From contig JAGWMX010000002.1 in assembly GCA_028871525.1 (NCBI GenBank), positions 4,940 to 68,939 on the forward strand: 64,000 nucleotides of DNA. The letters run 5' to 3'. Below the pieces are notes generated by a model. It did not search any database, had not been told where the DNA came from, and saw only the letters and a program-made list of their open reading frames with translations. Of the stretch, positions 30,237 to 40,660 are shown piece by piece (within the stretch, counting starts at the first letter, position 1; each line of letters opens with the position of its first letter). The stretch is from Gammaproteobacteria bacterium (GTDB taxonomy: Bacteria; Pseudomonadota; Gammaproteobacteria; Nevskiales; Nevskiaceae). The position numbers and the translations under genes are program-made.

Positions 30237-30603
30237 TGTGCGCGCGTCACCGGGCGGCACGGGTGAACCACGCCGGTCCTCCCGACTGCCCGCGTCTGGC
30301 CGGCCCGAGCGGGCTGCGCTTTCTGAACGACGGCGCTACCGACGATCCGCTCGACGTGCCGCTGGCGGCTTTGGTGGCACGGCATCCGTGCCCTGGATTC
30401 GGCGGCGGTAATGCCGTGCTGATGCTCGGCCAGGTGCTGTAGCCGACGCCATCGACGTGCTGTCGGCGGTGGCGCTGCCGAGCCCGCGGGCGACGCGCAC
30501 GGCGGCCGGCCTCGCCCCGGCCTGCGGCCGGGCCAGATAGCGGCCGCGGCGCCGCTGGCTTAGGGTGTGCGTTGAACCGATCACCACGTAGGAGACGCCG
30601 CCG

Positions 30604-32262
30604 ATGGCCGCACCACAGACCCATAACGTCGCGCAACTGCTGGTCGCCTGCATCGAGGCCGAGGGCGTCGAGTACGTCTTCGGTATTCCCGGCGAGGAGA
30701 ACGTACATCTGGTCGATGCACTGCTCGACTCCGGCATCCGTTTCATCCTGACGCGCCACGAACAAGGCGCGTCGTTCATGGCCGACATCTACGGCAAGCT
30801 CAGCGGCCGCGCCGGGGTGTGTCTCGCCACACTCGGTCCCGGCGCCATCAATCTCTGTCTCGGCACCGCCGACGCGCAGCTCGACAGCCATCCGCTGGTG
30901 GCGCTGGTCGCCCAGGCCGGTCTCGACCGCAGCTTCAAGGAATCGCACCAGGTGGTGGATCTGGAAGCGTTGTTCCGGCCGATCACCAAGTGGGTAGGCA
31001 CGGTATCGGTGCCCGAGGCTGTCGCCGAAATTACGCGCAAGGCGTTCAAGCTGGCGCAGAGCGAGCGCCCCGGCGCCACCGCGGTGGTGCTGCCCGAGGA
31101 CATCGCGGTGGCGCCGGTCGACGACCGGCCGCTGGCGATCAATCAGCCGCACGATACCGATCCTTCACCAGGGCAGATCAAGCGCGCGGCGGCGCTGCTG
31201 GGCCGGTGCAAATATCCGATAGTGCTGGCTGGACCCGGCGTGGCGCGCGACAGCGCGAGCGGCGCGCTGCGCCGGTTTGCCGAAGCGCTGGATCTGCCGG
31301 TGGCCACCACCTTCGCCGGCAAAGGATGCTTCCCCGACGACCACGCCAACGCCTTGGGAACGGTCGGCTTCATGCAGCACGACTACGTCAATTTCGGCTT
31401 CGACGCCGCGGACCTCGTGATCGCCGTCGGCTACGACCTGATCGAGTACGCGCCGACGCGCTGGAATCCTCGCGCCGATAAAACCATCATTCACATCCAC
31501 CGCACGCCGGCGGAAGTCGACGCCAACTACCAGCTCGCGGTCGGCATCCAGGGTGGCATCGCCGCCAGTCTGGATGCACTGGCGGCGGCTGCGCCGCGTT
31601 GTCCAACCGCCGACCGCAACGCCATCGAGCGCGCCAAGCACCTGCTGCGCAACGAACTCGTGCGCGGCGCCGGTGACGGCGCCTTTCCACTGAAACCGCA
31701 GCGCATCGTCGCCGACATCCGCGCGGCGATGGGCCGCGAAGACATCGTGCTGTGCGACACCGGCGCGCTGAAGATGTGGATGGCGCGGCTGTACCCGTGC
31801 TACGCGCCGAACACCTGCCTGATCTCCAACGGCCTGGCGACGATGGGCTTCAGCCTGCCCGGCGCGCTCGGCGCCAAGCTTGCCGCGCCACAACGCCGGG
31901 TGCTGGCGACGATGGGCGATGGCAGCTTTCTGATGAACTCGCAGGAACTGGAGACGGCGATGCGCGAGAAAATCGCTTTCGTGGTGCTGATCTGGACCGA
32001 CGGCGAGTACGGCCTGATCCACTGGAAGCAGCAGCTGGAGACCGGCCGCCCGGCCCACATCGCTTTCACCAACCCTGATTTCATCTCGCAGGCTGAGAGT
32101 TACGGCTGCCGCGGCGTCCGCATCACCGCCGCCGGCCAGTTGCTGCCGGCGCTGCGCGAAGCGCTGGCGCTGGACACCGTCACCATCATCGACTGCCCGG
32201 TGGATTACCGTGAAAACGCCAGCCTCACCGAGCGCCTCGGCAAGTTGACTGCGGCGCTGTAA
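30604..32262 (+). CDS. Acetolactate synthase-like thiamine-diphosphate enzyme (AlsS type)
   Basis: 552 aa. N-terminal TPP pyrimidine-binding domain VEYVFGIPGEENVHLVDAL...TRHEQGASFMAD, and C-terminal GDGSFLMNSQELET. Confidence 0.8.
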   Translation: MAAPQTHNVAQLLVACIEAEGVEYVFGIPGEENVHLVDALLDSGIRFILTRHEQGASFMADIYGKLSGRAGVCLATLGPGAINLCLGTADAQLDSHPLVALVAQAGLDRSFKESHQVVDLEALFRPITKWVGTVSVPEAVAEITRKAFKLAQSERPGATAVVLPEDIAVAPVDDRPLAINQPHDTDPSPGQIKRAAALLGRCKYPIVLAGPGVARDSASGALRRFAEALDLPVATTFAGKGCFPDDHANALGTVGFMQHDYVNFGFDAADLVIAVGYDLIEYAPTRWNPRADKTIIHIHRTPAEVDANYQLAVGIQGGIAASLDALAAAAPRCPTADRNAIERAKHLLRNELVRGAGDGAFPLKPQRIVADIRAAMGREDIVLCDTGALKMWMARLYPCYAPNTCLISNGLATMGFSLPGALGAKLAAPQRRVLATMGDGSFLMNSQELETAMREKIAFVVLIWTDGEYGLIHWKQQLETGRPAHIAFTNPDFISQAESYGCRGVRITAAGQLLPALREALALDTVTIIDCPVDYRENASLTERLGKLTAAL

Positions 32263-32504
32263 CGCCGCCCGCCGTCACGGCCAACCCCCGGCGGCGGATT
32301 TGACTGAGCGCCCTGCCACGGCCTCGTGGCAATCGCCGGGATCGCTATCGCAGTCGTCAAATTAGGTGAAAATACCCACAAAGACATGAGTTAAATCATC
32401 TACAACCGGGCGCAGACAAGCCCGGCGGCGCCGCGCACAATCGACGCCAAGGAATCGATTCGCCGCAGCCGTGGTGTCACGACCGGCGATTCGGGGAGAG
32501 CGAA

Positions 32505-34304
32505 ATGAATTCGACTCGAGGCGGGAGGCACCGGGGGGTGCCGGAAGCCCGCCAGGCGAGCCACCGATGGCTGGCGCTACTGCTGTTTTCCCTGTGCTCG
32601 TCGGCACTCGCGGCCGGCGCCGATGACTGGCCGCTGACCGGCGCGTGGCGTCCGGGGCAACCCGGCGACACGCCGGCGCAGGTGCTGGCCGAAGCGGCGC
32701 ACGGCCAGCTGCAGCCGTTCGACCCGGCGCAACTGCATCAGTTCGTCCGCAATCCCTACGGCGCCTGGTTGGTGCTGTGGCCGCAGGCGCCGGGGCTGTC
32801 CGGCGCGCGGGTGTTGAGCATTCCGTCGCCGCCGCTCGGCCGGGTGGTGCTGTACGGCGCCGACGGCCCAGTGGCCTCGGCCGACATCACCGACGCGCAA
32901 TCCGCATCTGTCGGCTTCGGCTGCCTGGCGCTCGAGATCCCCGCGCACTGGTCAGCCGCGGCGCCGCTGCTGGTCAGGTTCGAACCGGCCACCACGATCA
33001 ACGTGCCGGTGGCGTTCCGTCTGCAAAGCCTGCAGGTCTTCAAACGCATGGATCTATTGTGGACGCTGACCGCCAGCGCCGGCTTCGGCGTGATGCTGGC
33101 GATGGCGCTGATGGCGCTGTGCTTCGGCTTGATGCTGCGCGACGTCACCTTCGGCTGGTACGCCGGCTACGTGACGACCTACGCACTGATCCAGGCCATA
33201 CAGACCGGTTTTCTGTTCCATCCGCTGCAATGGGGCATGACACCGGAAACGGCGCTGCGCATAGGCGTCATGGCGACCGCGATTTCGGTGGCGTGCGCGG
33301 TGATGTTCATGCTCCGCTTCTGTGCGCTGGAACGACACGCGCCGCGGATGCGGATACTGCTGCTGGCGTTGACCGTCACCCTGCTGGCGTTGACCGCACT
33401 GCGGTTCAGCGATCAGCCGGAACTGCGGCAGGTGGCGCAGAATACGCTCAACCCGTTGATCGCCGTCGGTGCCGGCATGGCGCTGCTGGGCGCGTTCATC
33501 GCGCTGCTGCACGGCTCGCGATCGGCGGTCTTCTTCCTGCTCGGCTGGTTTCCGCTGTTGACGCTGACGGCGCTCAGCAGCGCCCAGGTGTCCGGCGTTC
33601 TGCCCGGTTTGATCTGGCTCAACGCCGCGATGCTGCCGGCCGGCGCACTGGAAGCGATCGTGTTGTCGCTGGGGCTGGCCGACCGCGCGCTGACCATACG
33701 CCGCGAGCACGCCGTGGCCCGCGCGCTGGCGGATCGCGATCCGCTGACCGGAATTCTCAACCGGCGCGCCTGGATCGAGATGGCGCAGGCCCGCATCGAC
33801 CGTACCGGATCTCGGCCGCAGACGCTGCTGTTCATCGACCTGGACCGCTTCAAGACGCTCAACGACGTCATGGGTCATGCCGCCGGCGACCGCGCCCTGA
33901 ATGCAATTGCCGAGGCCATTTCCACCGAGCTGCGACCGGACGATCTGGTCGCCCGCCTCGGCGGCGATGAGTTCGCGGCGCTGCTGAACAACACCGATGG
34001 CGAAAAAGCCCTGCGCGTCGCTGAGCGCCTGCGCAACCGCGTGGACCGCCTGGAAATTCCTGTCGATCCGTCCGGGCAGCGCCTGAGCTTGAGCGTCGGC
34101 CTGGCGCAACTGCATGCCGGCGAAAGTCTCGGCGTCCTGATCGAACGCGCCGATGCGGCGATGTATGCGGCCAAGGCGCGAGGGGGGAACCGCTGTATGG
34201 ATCGACCCGACGCCTTGTCGGGACGGATCCTGCTGCGCCAGCGGAAGCCGGCCGGCGCTTTGACCGCCGCGACCGAGCCACCTGCAGGGGATCGCCTCCG
34301 CTAG
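32505..34304 (+). CDS. 7TM-DISM sensor diguanylate cyclase (GGDEF)
   Basis: 599 aa with a signal peptide, periplasmic domain, 7 TM helices and a C-terminal GGDEF domain (RLGGDEFAALL). Confidence 0.8.
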   Translation: MNSTRGGRHRGVPEARQASHRWLALLLFSLCSSALAAGADDWPLTGAWRPGQPGDTPAQVLAEAAHGQLQPFDPAQLHQFVRNPYGAWLVLWPQAPGLSGARVLSIPSPPLGRVVLYGADGPVASADITDAQSASVGFGCLALEIPAHWSAAAPLLVRFEPATTINVPVAFRLQSLQVFKRMDLLWTLTASAGFGVMLAMALMALCFGLMLRDVTFGWYAGYVTTYALIQAIQTGFLFHPLQWGMTPETALRIGVMATAISVACAVMFMLRFCALERHAPRMRILLLALTVTLLALTALRFSDQPELRQVAQNTLNPLIAVGAGMALLGAFIALLHGSRSAVFFLLGWFPLLTLTALSSAQVSGVLPGLIWLNAAMLPAGALEAIVLSLGLADRALTIRREHAVARALADRDPLTGILNRRAWIEMAQARIDRTGSRPQTLLFIDLDRFKTLNDVMGHAAGDRALNAIAEAISTELRPDDLVARLGGDEFAALLNNTDGEKALRVAERLRNRVDRLEIPVDPSGQRLSLSVGLAQLHAGESLGVLIERADAAMYAAKARGGNRCMDRPDALSGRILLRQRKPAGALTAATEPPAGDRLR

Positions 34305-34413
34305 CGAGCCGATCCCGCCGCACGCCGGCGTGCCGCCTTGCACCGAGGTCGCCGGTAACGTCCGCGGCCGGACATTGGCGCCGCAGCCCGCCGGGCCGCT
34401 ACCATGCCGGGCC

Positions 34414-35862
34414 ATGATCGACGTCTTCACAGCCCACCGCGGGCCGATTCTGCTCGCCTTCGGTCTATATCTGCTGATCTGTCTGGTGCTCGGCTTCGTC
34501 GCCTGGGCGCGTACCCGCAGCCTCGGCGATTACATCCTCGGCGGCCGCTCGCTGAATCCGTGGGTTACCGCGCTGTCGGCACAGGCCACCGACATGAGCG
34601 GCTGGCTGCTGATGGGCTTGCCGGGGCTGGCCTACGCCGCCGGCATCGCTTCCGGCTGGATGGCCCTGGGTCTGGCCATCGGCACTTACCTCAACTGGCG
34701 TTATGTCGCCGCGCCGCTGCGCGAAGCCACGCAAAAGCTCGACGACGCACTGACCCTGCCCGACTACTTTGAACGCCGTTTCCCGGCGCGTACGCCGACG
34801 CTGCGGCTGCTGACCGCCGCTTTTATTCTGATCTTTTTCACGTTCTACTCCGCTTCCGGGTTCGTCGCCGCCGGCAAGCTGTTTCAGGTACTGTTCGCTC
34901 TGCCGTACCGCGAGGCGGTGCTGGCCGGCAGTCTGGCGATGCTGGCTTATACCTTCTTCGGCGGGTTTTTGGCCGTGAGTTGGTCGGACGTCCTACAAGG
35001 CAGCTTGATGTTCGTCGCACTGGTGATCGTGGCGTTGGTCGGCATCGCCCACGCCGGCGGCCCGGCGGGAATGATGGCGACGCTGGCCGGTCGCCACGCC
35101 GACCTGCTGGATCCGTTCTCGGTTGCGGCGGGCGCGGCCGGCACCGTCGGCGTGGTCTCGCTTCTGGCCTGGGGTTTGGGCTATCCCGGTCAGCCGCACA
35201 TCCTGGCGCGCTTCATGGCGATCCGCTCCGCCAGCGAGATGCGCGCGGCACGGCGTATCGCGATGATCTGGGTGGTGAGCGTGCTGGTGGCGGCGATCGT
35301 GGTCGGCCTGGCCGGTGCCGTCAACCTGACCACGCCGCTGGTGGGCGGCGACCGCGAAAAAGTGTTTATGTTCCTGGCCGTGCGCGACTTCCCGGCCTTC
35401 ATCGCCGGTGTCTGTCTGGCGGCGATCCTGGCGGCGATCATGAGCACCGCCTCGGCGCAATTGCTGGTGGCCGGCAGCGCGGCGGCGCAGGATTTCTACC
35501 GCGGCCTGCTGCGGCCTGGCGCCGGCCGGAGGGAACTGCTGTGGACCGGACGGCTGGCGGTACTGGCGATCGCCGCGCTGGCCATCGTGCTGGCCCTGTC
35601 CTCGCATCAGAACGTGCTGAACCTGGTGGCCTGGGCCTGGGCCGGCTTCGGTGCGGCGTTCGGCCCGGCCATCGTCGCCTCCTTGTACTGGCCGCGGACC
35701 ACGCGCGCCGGCGTGCTGGCGGCGATCGTCGCCGGCGGCGCCACCGTGATCGTCTGGCATTATCTCGACGACCGCTGGCTACACTGGGGACTGTACGCGA
35801 TGGTGCCCGGCGTGCTGCTGGGCACCGCCGCAATCCTGATCGGCAGCCGGAAGACGGCGTGA
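34414..35862 (+). CDS. putP: Sodium/proline symporter
   Basis: Start taken at the ATG at 34414. SSF family signature LGGRSLNPWVTALSAQATDMSGWLLMGLPGLAY. Confidence 0.85.
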   Translation: MIDVFTAHRGPILLAFGLYLLICLVLGFVAWARTRSLGDYILGGRSLNPWVTALSAQATDMSGWLLMGLPGLAYAAGIASGWMALGLAIGTYLNWRYVAAPLREATQKLDDALTLPDYFERRFPARTPTLRLLTAAFILIFFTFYSASGFVAAGKLFQVLFALPYREAVLAGSLAMLAYTFFGGFLAVSWSDVLQGSLMFVALVIVALVGIAHAGGPAGMMATLAGRHADLLDPFSVAAGAAGTVGVVSLLAWGLGYPGQPHILARFMAIRSASEMRAARRIAMIWVVSVLVAAIVVGLAGAVNLTTPLVGGDREKVFMFLAVRDFPAFIAGVCLAAILAAIMSTASAQLLVAGSAAAQDFYRGLLRPGAGRRELLWTGRLAVLAIAALAIVLALSSHQNVLNLVAWAWAGFGAAFGPAIVASLYWPRTTRAGVLAAIVAGGATVIVWHYLDDRWLHWGLYAMVPGVLLGTAAILIGSRKTA

Positions 35863-36902
35863 CATCCCTGTCCGGCCATCCGCCGCGCACGCAGCGGCAG
35901 TGGTTCGCCTGGCTTGCCGAGCACGCTGCGGACCGCCCGCTCGATGTCTACGGCCAGGGCGCCGAGGTGCAGGCATTCGAGGCCGAGGTCGCCGCGCTGC
36001 TGGGCAAGCCGGCGGCGGTGTTTGTGCCCAAGGGCGTCATCGCGCAGCAGGCGGCGCTGCGCGTCTGGTGCGACCGACGCCGCGTCGCCGCGGTCGCCGT
36101 GCATCCGCGCTGCCATCTGGTCGAAGACGAGGATCTCGCGCTGCAGCACCTGCACCGGCTGCGACTGCTGCCGGTCGGCGCAGGCGATCAGCCGTTTTCC
36201 GCAGCCGATCTGGACGCGGTGCACGAAGCGCTCGGCGCCGTCGCCGTGGAACTGCCGTTGCGTCGCGCCGGCTTCAAGCTGTCGAACTGGAACCAACTGC
36301 AGGCGATCAGCGCCTGGGCGCGCGGCCGCGCCCTGCCGCTGCATTTCGACGGCGCCCGGCTGTGGGAATCCCAACCCCATTACGGCCGGCCGCTGGCTGA
36401 GATCGCCGCGCTCGCCGATTCGTTGTACGTGTCGTTCTACAAGGGTCTCGGCGGACTCGGCGGCGGCGCGCTGGCCGGAGCGGAAACGTTCATCGCCGCG
36501 GTCCGGCCGTGGCTGACGCGCCACGGTGCGTATCCGTATGCCATCGCGCCGTACGTGGTCGCCGCCGGCGCCGGCCTCACCCGCCACCTGCCGAAAATGT
36601 CCGGCTACGTCGCGCGGGCGCGGCGCCTGGCGACGGCCATCGGACGCATCGAAGGCCTGCGGGTGATCCCCGATCCGCCGCACACCAACGGTTTCCAGGT
36701 CCGGTTTCCTGCGGCCACGACCCTGCTCGAGCCGCGGCTGCGCGAAGTCGAGAGCCGGACCGGCGTGCAACTGTTTCCGTGGCTGCGACCGGCGGCGGAC
36801 GGCTGCTTCGGCGAGGTGCAGATCGGCGAGGCCGCCGAGACGCTCGGCGACGACCAGGTTCTCGCCGCGCTGCGCCGGCTTGTCGCACCACCGCCGGCAT
36901 GA
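35859..36902 (+). CDS. Threonine aldolase family / beta-eliminating lyase-like PLP enzyme
   Basis: GTG at 35859 overlaps the putP stop (GTGA). DVYGQGAEVQAFEAEVAALLGKPAAVFVPKGVIAQQAAL and SFYKGLGG resemble low-specificity threonine aldolases. The 5' part of the 640-aa ORF is an out-of-frame overlap of putP. Confidence 0.6.
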   Translation: MTSLSGHPPRTQRQWFAWLAEHAADRPLDVYGQGAEVQAFEAEVAALLGKPAAVFVPKGVIAQQAALRVWCDRRRVAAVAVHPRCHLVEDEDLALQHLHRLRLLPVGAGDQPFSAADLDAVHEALGAVAVELPLRRAGFKLSNWNQLQAISAWARGRALPLHFDGARLWESQPHYGRPLAEIAALADSLYVSFYKGLGGLGGGALAGAETFIAAVRPWLTRHGAYPYAIAPYVVAAGAGLTRHLPKMSGYVARARRLATAIGRIEGLRVIPDPPHTNGFQVRFPAATTLLEPRLREVESRTGVQLFPWLRPAADGCFGEVQIGEAAETLGDDQVLAALRRLVAPPPA

Positions 36903-37028
36903 GACTTTCTGCATCGACCTCAAAGCCATGCGGCGATGCGTATACGCGGTCGCCGCCGCGGCGGGTGCACGGAAGTGGCGCGCTGCGACGCGCGCCGCCT
37001 AGCCTTTCAAATACAAGAGGCACTCCTG

Positions 37029-37817
37029 ATGATCGCGGAAAGCGATGACCACAACGACGACCTGGCTTATCGCTGGCGCAATGGCGCCCTGCAGCCGATC
37101 GCCTACCCGCAGCGGACGGCGCTGGACGCGCTGCTCGGCATCGAGCGGCAGAAGCAGGCGCTGCTGCAGAACACCGCGCAGTTTGTCACCGGCCGGCCGG
37201 CCAATCACGCGCTTCTGACCGGCGCCCGCGGCACCGGCAAATCCTCGCTGGTCAAGGCCATGCTGACCACCTTCGGCGATCGCGGCTTGCGATTGGTGGA
37301 GGTCCATCCGCACGATCTGGTGGATCTGCCGGAGATCGTCGCCCCACTTCGAACCAGGCCGGAGCGCTTTTTGCTGTACGTGGACGATTTCTCGGTCGCC
37401 GCCGCTGATCCGGCGCTGGTCGCGCTGAAAACCGCCCTCGATGGGGGAATCGAAGAGCCGCCGAGCAACGTGTTGATCTGCGCCACCGGCAATCGTCGAC
37501 ACCTGGTCCCCGAATATCAGCGGGAAAACGACGAATACCGGATGGTCGACGGCGAACTGCATCCGGGGGAATCCGCCGAGGAAAAGGTCTCACTGTCCGA
37601 GCGCTTCGGTCTGTGGCTGTCGTTTCCGCCGTTCGACCAGCAGCAATACCTCGAGGCGGTGCGCTTGCACCTTCGGATTTTGGGCGCGACGCGTTGGGAT
37701 CAGGCGACGCAGCAGGCGGCACTGCGCTGGGCCCTCGGACGCGGTTCGCGCTCCGGCCGGGTCGCGATGCAGTTCGCCCGAGATTACGCCGGACGCCAGG
37801 CGTCAGAAAAAGGCTGA
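37029..37817 (+). CDS. DUF815-type AAA ATPase
   Basis: Start taken at the ATG at 37029. Walker A LTGARGTGKSSLVKA and the overall DUF815 layout. Confidence 0.7.
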   Translation: MIAESDDHNDDLAYRWRNGALQPIAYPQRTALDALLGIERQKQALLQNTAQFVTGRPANHALLTGARGTGKSSLVKAMLTTFGDRGLRLVEVHPHDLVDLPEIVAPLRTRPERFLLYVDDFSVAAADPALVALKTALDGGIEEPPSNVLICATGNRRHLVPEYQRENDEYRMVDGELHPGESAEEKVSLSERFGLWLSFPPFDQQQYLEAVRLHLRILGATRWDQATQQAALRWALGRGSRSGRVAMQFARDYAGRQASEKG

Positions 37818-38774
37818 TCAGCGCCGGTTGATCGGATAGCGGCCGAGATCGCCTCGAAACGGCTGCGTCAACAGTCGATCCAGCCGCAGCTCGCCGGGAT
37901 CGCGGAACTGCTCGATGCCGATCGTCATGCCGGTATGACTGGCGATCGGCTGCGGCCGATAGGTGCCGAACAGTCGGTCCCAGAACGAGAAATTAAAACC
38001 GTAATTGCTGTTGGTCTCGTTGGGCAGGATCGAGTGATGCACCCGGTGCATGTCCGGCGTGACGATCGCTAGCCGCAGCAATCGATCCAAACCTCGGGGC
38101 ATGCGCACGTTGCCGTGATTGAACAATGAGGTCGCGTTCAATATCACCTCGAACAGAAACACCACGGCCGGAGACGGACCGATGGCGGCGATCGCCGTGA
38201 ATTTGACGGCCATCGACAGCAGCAATTCCAGCGGGTGGAAACGCACCCCGGTGGTGGTATCGAAATCCAGGTCGGTATGGTGCATCCGGTGCAGCCGCCA
38301 GAGCACGGGTGCGGCGTGCATGAATACGTGCTGCAGGTAGATGGTCAGATCCAGCAGCACAAAGCCGATCAGCCCCCGCAGCCACGCCGGCAGCCCCAGC
38401 ATCAGCGCCAAAAGCCCCCAGCCCTGCATTCGAACCCCGGCGGCAAACAGCACCGCCGAAATCGGAAACACCGCGGCGATCAAGCCGCTGCCGATCGCAA
38501 CCACCGCCAGATTGCCCGGCCACCGCCGCCAGCGCGTGGCCGCGCGCAGCCGTCGCGGCGCACGCGCCTCCCACACGGCCATCACTGCGAGCACGCCGGC
38601 AAAAGCAGCCAGGCGCCAGATGGCCGGTCCGCCGGCCAGCGCCCCCAGCCTGTGAGCAACGCGTCCGATCATCAACCCGAGTATAGCGCCGGCCGGCCTT
38701 CGAATTACCGTTCCGATCGACCCGGCACGATCGGCAAGCCACCCCATGATTGTTCCGGCTCCGGCTTCGAACAT
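37818..38774 (-). CDS. Fatty acid hydroxylase / sterol desaturase family membrane protein
   Basis: His boxes HVFMH, HRMHH and HRVHH. The start is uncertain (ATG at 38774 or 38747, both behind GGAG-like sites). Its stop abuts the DUF815 stop (TGATCA). Confidence 0.7.
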   Translation of the reverse strand: MFEAGAGTIMGWLADRAGSIGTVIRRPAGAILGLMIGRVAHRLGALAGGPAIWRLAAFAGVLAVMAVWEARAPRRLRAATRWRRWPGNLAVVAIGSGLIAAVFPISAVLFAAGVRMQGWGLLALMLGLPAWLRGLIGFVLLDLTIYLQHVFMHAAPVLWRLHRMHHTDLDFDTTTGVRFHPLELLLSMAVKFTAIAAIGPSPAVVFLFEVILNATSLFNHGNVRMPRGLDRLLRLAIVTPDMHRVHHSILPNETNSNYGFNFSFWDRLFGTYRPQPIASHTGMTIGIEQFRDPGELRLDRLLTQPFRGDLGRYPINRR

Positions 38775-38960
38775 CCGCTGTACCGCTCCCGGGGAGTGAC
38801 CGACTCCTGTCGCGTTGCACCCGCCGCCGGGGATCGCGCTGCGTTCGAGGATCACGCCGTTGGCGATCAGCCGGTCGTCGTTCTCGGTAGCGAGCCACGC
38901 ACTGCGCCTGCACCTGGTCGCGATTGGATCCGAGAGCACCGCTCAATCTAAACTGACTCG

Positions 38961-39362
38961 ATGAATCGCCGTCCCGGCCTGCTGCTCGCTGTGGCCGCCG
39001 TGCTGTTACAGACGGGGCAGCCGCTGTTCGCGACGATGGCGCCGGCGACGGCCCGACCGGGAACGCTGTCGAGTCAGCGCTGCCACGGAACCGCCGCAGC
39101 GCCATACGCCGCGCAACGCCCGATCGCCGACCGGGTCGAAGCGGTGCAACCGGCGGCCCTGCACTTGGGCGGCAGCCACGCCGACGGTTGCTGCTGCCAG
39201 GGCCCGTGGAACTGCGGCGGACCCTGCGGGCTGTTGGCCCTGGGTGCTGGATCGCCGGTGCTCGCCGTGCCAGACCCGGCGCACATCTGGCCGCTGCCGA
39301 CAAGCGCTCGACCGGCGGCCGCCCACCTGCAGGAACTGCTCAAACCACCGATCGACTCCTAA
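38961..39362 (+). CDS. copL: CopL-like Cys/His-containing copper-responsive regulatory protein
   Basis: 133 aa with a signal-like N-terminus, a Cys cluster (HADGCCCQGPWNCGGPCG) and a C-terminal ...HLQELLKPPIDS resembling the ..LIRPPIG end of Xanthomonas CopL. It lies directly upstream of the copA remnant. Confidence 0.5.
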   Translation: MNRRPGLLLAVAAVLLQTGQPLFATMAPATARPGTLSSQRCHGTAAAPYAAQRPIADRVEAVQPAALHLGGSHADGCCCQGPWNCGGPCGLLALGAGSPVLAVPDPAHIWPLPTSARPAAAHLQELLKPPIDS

Positions 39363-39382
39363 AAACGCCTGCTCGATCCCCG

Positions 39383-39735
39383 ACACCGAGGTGCTGCTGC
39401 ACTTAACCGGCAACATGGACCGCTACAACTTCGCCTTCAACGGCCTGACCTACGACCAGAGCCAGCCGGTGCGTTTGCCTTACCGCCAGCGCATCTGGGT
39501 GACCCTGGTCCACGACACCATGATGGAACACCCGATCCACCTGCACGGCATGTTCAACGAGCTGGACACCACCGCCGATCACCGGCGGCGGCCGCTCAAG
39601 CACACGGTCAGCGTCAAGCCCGGCGAAAAGCTGCACTACTACCTGACCGCCGGCGAGCGCGGCCGCTGGGCCTATCACTGCCACCTGCTCTACCACATGG
39701 AAGCGGGGATGTTCACCACCGCGGAGGTGGCGTGA
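39383..39735 (+). pseudogene. copA: Multicopper oxidase CopA, C-terminal domain only (5'-truncated)
   Basis: PDTEVLLHLTGNMDRYNFAFNG...MMEHPIHLHG...RWAYHCHLLYHMEAGM corresponds to about the last 115 aa of a roughly 600-aa CopA. The Tat signal and domains 1-2 are absent. Confidence 0.7.
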
Positions 39736-40022
39736 TGGCTACCATGAACCGGAAACTCGCCATCGCGGCGTTTGCCGCAACGCTGCCGCTGACCGCGCTG
39801 GCCCAGCAGCAAGCGACCCGACTGCCGCGCCACGGCCTCGGTGCCGGTCTGTCGGATATCGATTCGGGCTTGCGCCTGCGCAATGAGATGCGCCGGCAGT
39901 TCGCGCCCTACATCGGTGTCACGTATGAGAAAAAATACGGGCAGGCCGCCACGTTCGCGCGCGCCGAGGGCGCTGCGGTGGAGGACTTACGCTTTGTCGC
40001 CGGCATTCGGGTATGGTGGTAA
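39732..40022 (+). pseudogene. copB: Copper resistance protein CopB, internally deleted (signal peptide + C-terminal ~60 aa)
   Basis: The signal peptide MNRKLAIAAFAATLPLTALA is joined to SGLRLRNEMRRQFAPYIGVTYEKKYGQAATFARAEG...GIRVWW, the conserved CopB C-terminus. The product is 96 aa against the usual 300-400 aa. Confidence 0.55.
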
Positions 40023-40037
40023 CTGGGAGAATCACCA

Positions 40038-40655
40038 ATGAAAACGATCAAAACACTGTTGGTGCTGCTGATCATCGCGGTCGTGGGCCTGGGCGTGTAC
40101 GTATACTCCGGCGCTTACAACATCGGCGCCGACGTGCCGCATACTCCCCTTGTCTACTGGCTGATGAGCACGCTACGCGAGCGCTCCATCGAGGTTCACG
40201 CGCAGGGTATTTACGTGCCCGCCGACCTCGGCGATCCAAAAGTCGTCCTCAAAGGAGCCGGGCAATACGCAGCGATGTGTACCGGCTGTCATCTCGCTCC
40301 GGGCATGAAAGACTCGGAAATTCGGCCCGGCCTGTACCCGAAACCGCCGAACCTGTCCAAGGTGCAGGTCGATCCGCGGGAAGCATTCTGGGTGATCAAG
40401 CACGGCATCAAGATGAGCGCCATGCCGGCCTGGGGTAAGACCCACGACGACGCCACGATCTGGAGCATGGTCGCCTTTCTGCAAAAATTGCCGACCCTGA
40501 CCCCAGAACAATACAAGGCGATGGTTGCGGCAGCGCCACCGGATCAGGAAATGGAATCGATGCACGGCGGACACGGGCACACCGGCGCTGCAGACGAAGA
40601 CGCGATCCACCCCGTACCCTCCTCCACAGCCCCGGCACCATCGACTTCGAGTTGA
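40038..40655 (+). CDS. Membrane-anchored c-type cytochrome (CopM-like) with a His/Met-rich tail
   Basis: 205 aa with an N-terminal TM helix, heme motif CTGCH with distal Met (KMSAMPAW), and tail MESMHGGHGHTGAADEDAIH. Confidence 0.7.
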   Translation: MKTIKTLLVLLIIAVVGLGVYVYSGAYNIGADVPHTPLVYWLMSTLRERSIEVHAQGIYVPADLGDPKVVLKGAGQYAAMCTGCHLAPGMKDSEIRPGLYPKPPNLSKVQVDPREAFWVIKHGIKMSAMPAWGKTHDDATIWSMVAFLQKLPTLTPEQYKAMVAAAPPDQEMESMHGGHGHTGAADEDAIHPVPSSTAPAPSTSS

Positions 40656-40660
40656 CCGGA

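Noticed and set aside
28389-30260. 623-aa minus-strand ORF covering ettA
   Set aside because: It is antisense to a highly conserved ABC-F gene and has no motifs of its own.
34980-35858. The 5' part of the 640-aa ORF 34980..36902
   Set aside because: It is an out-of-frame overlap of putP. The threonine-aldolase-like similarity starts only after the GTG at 35859.
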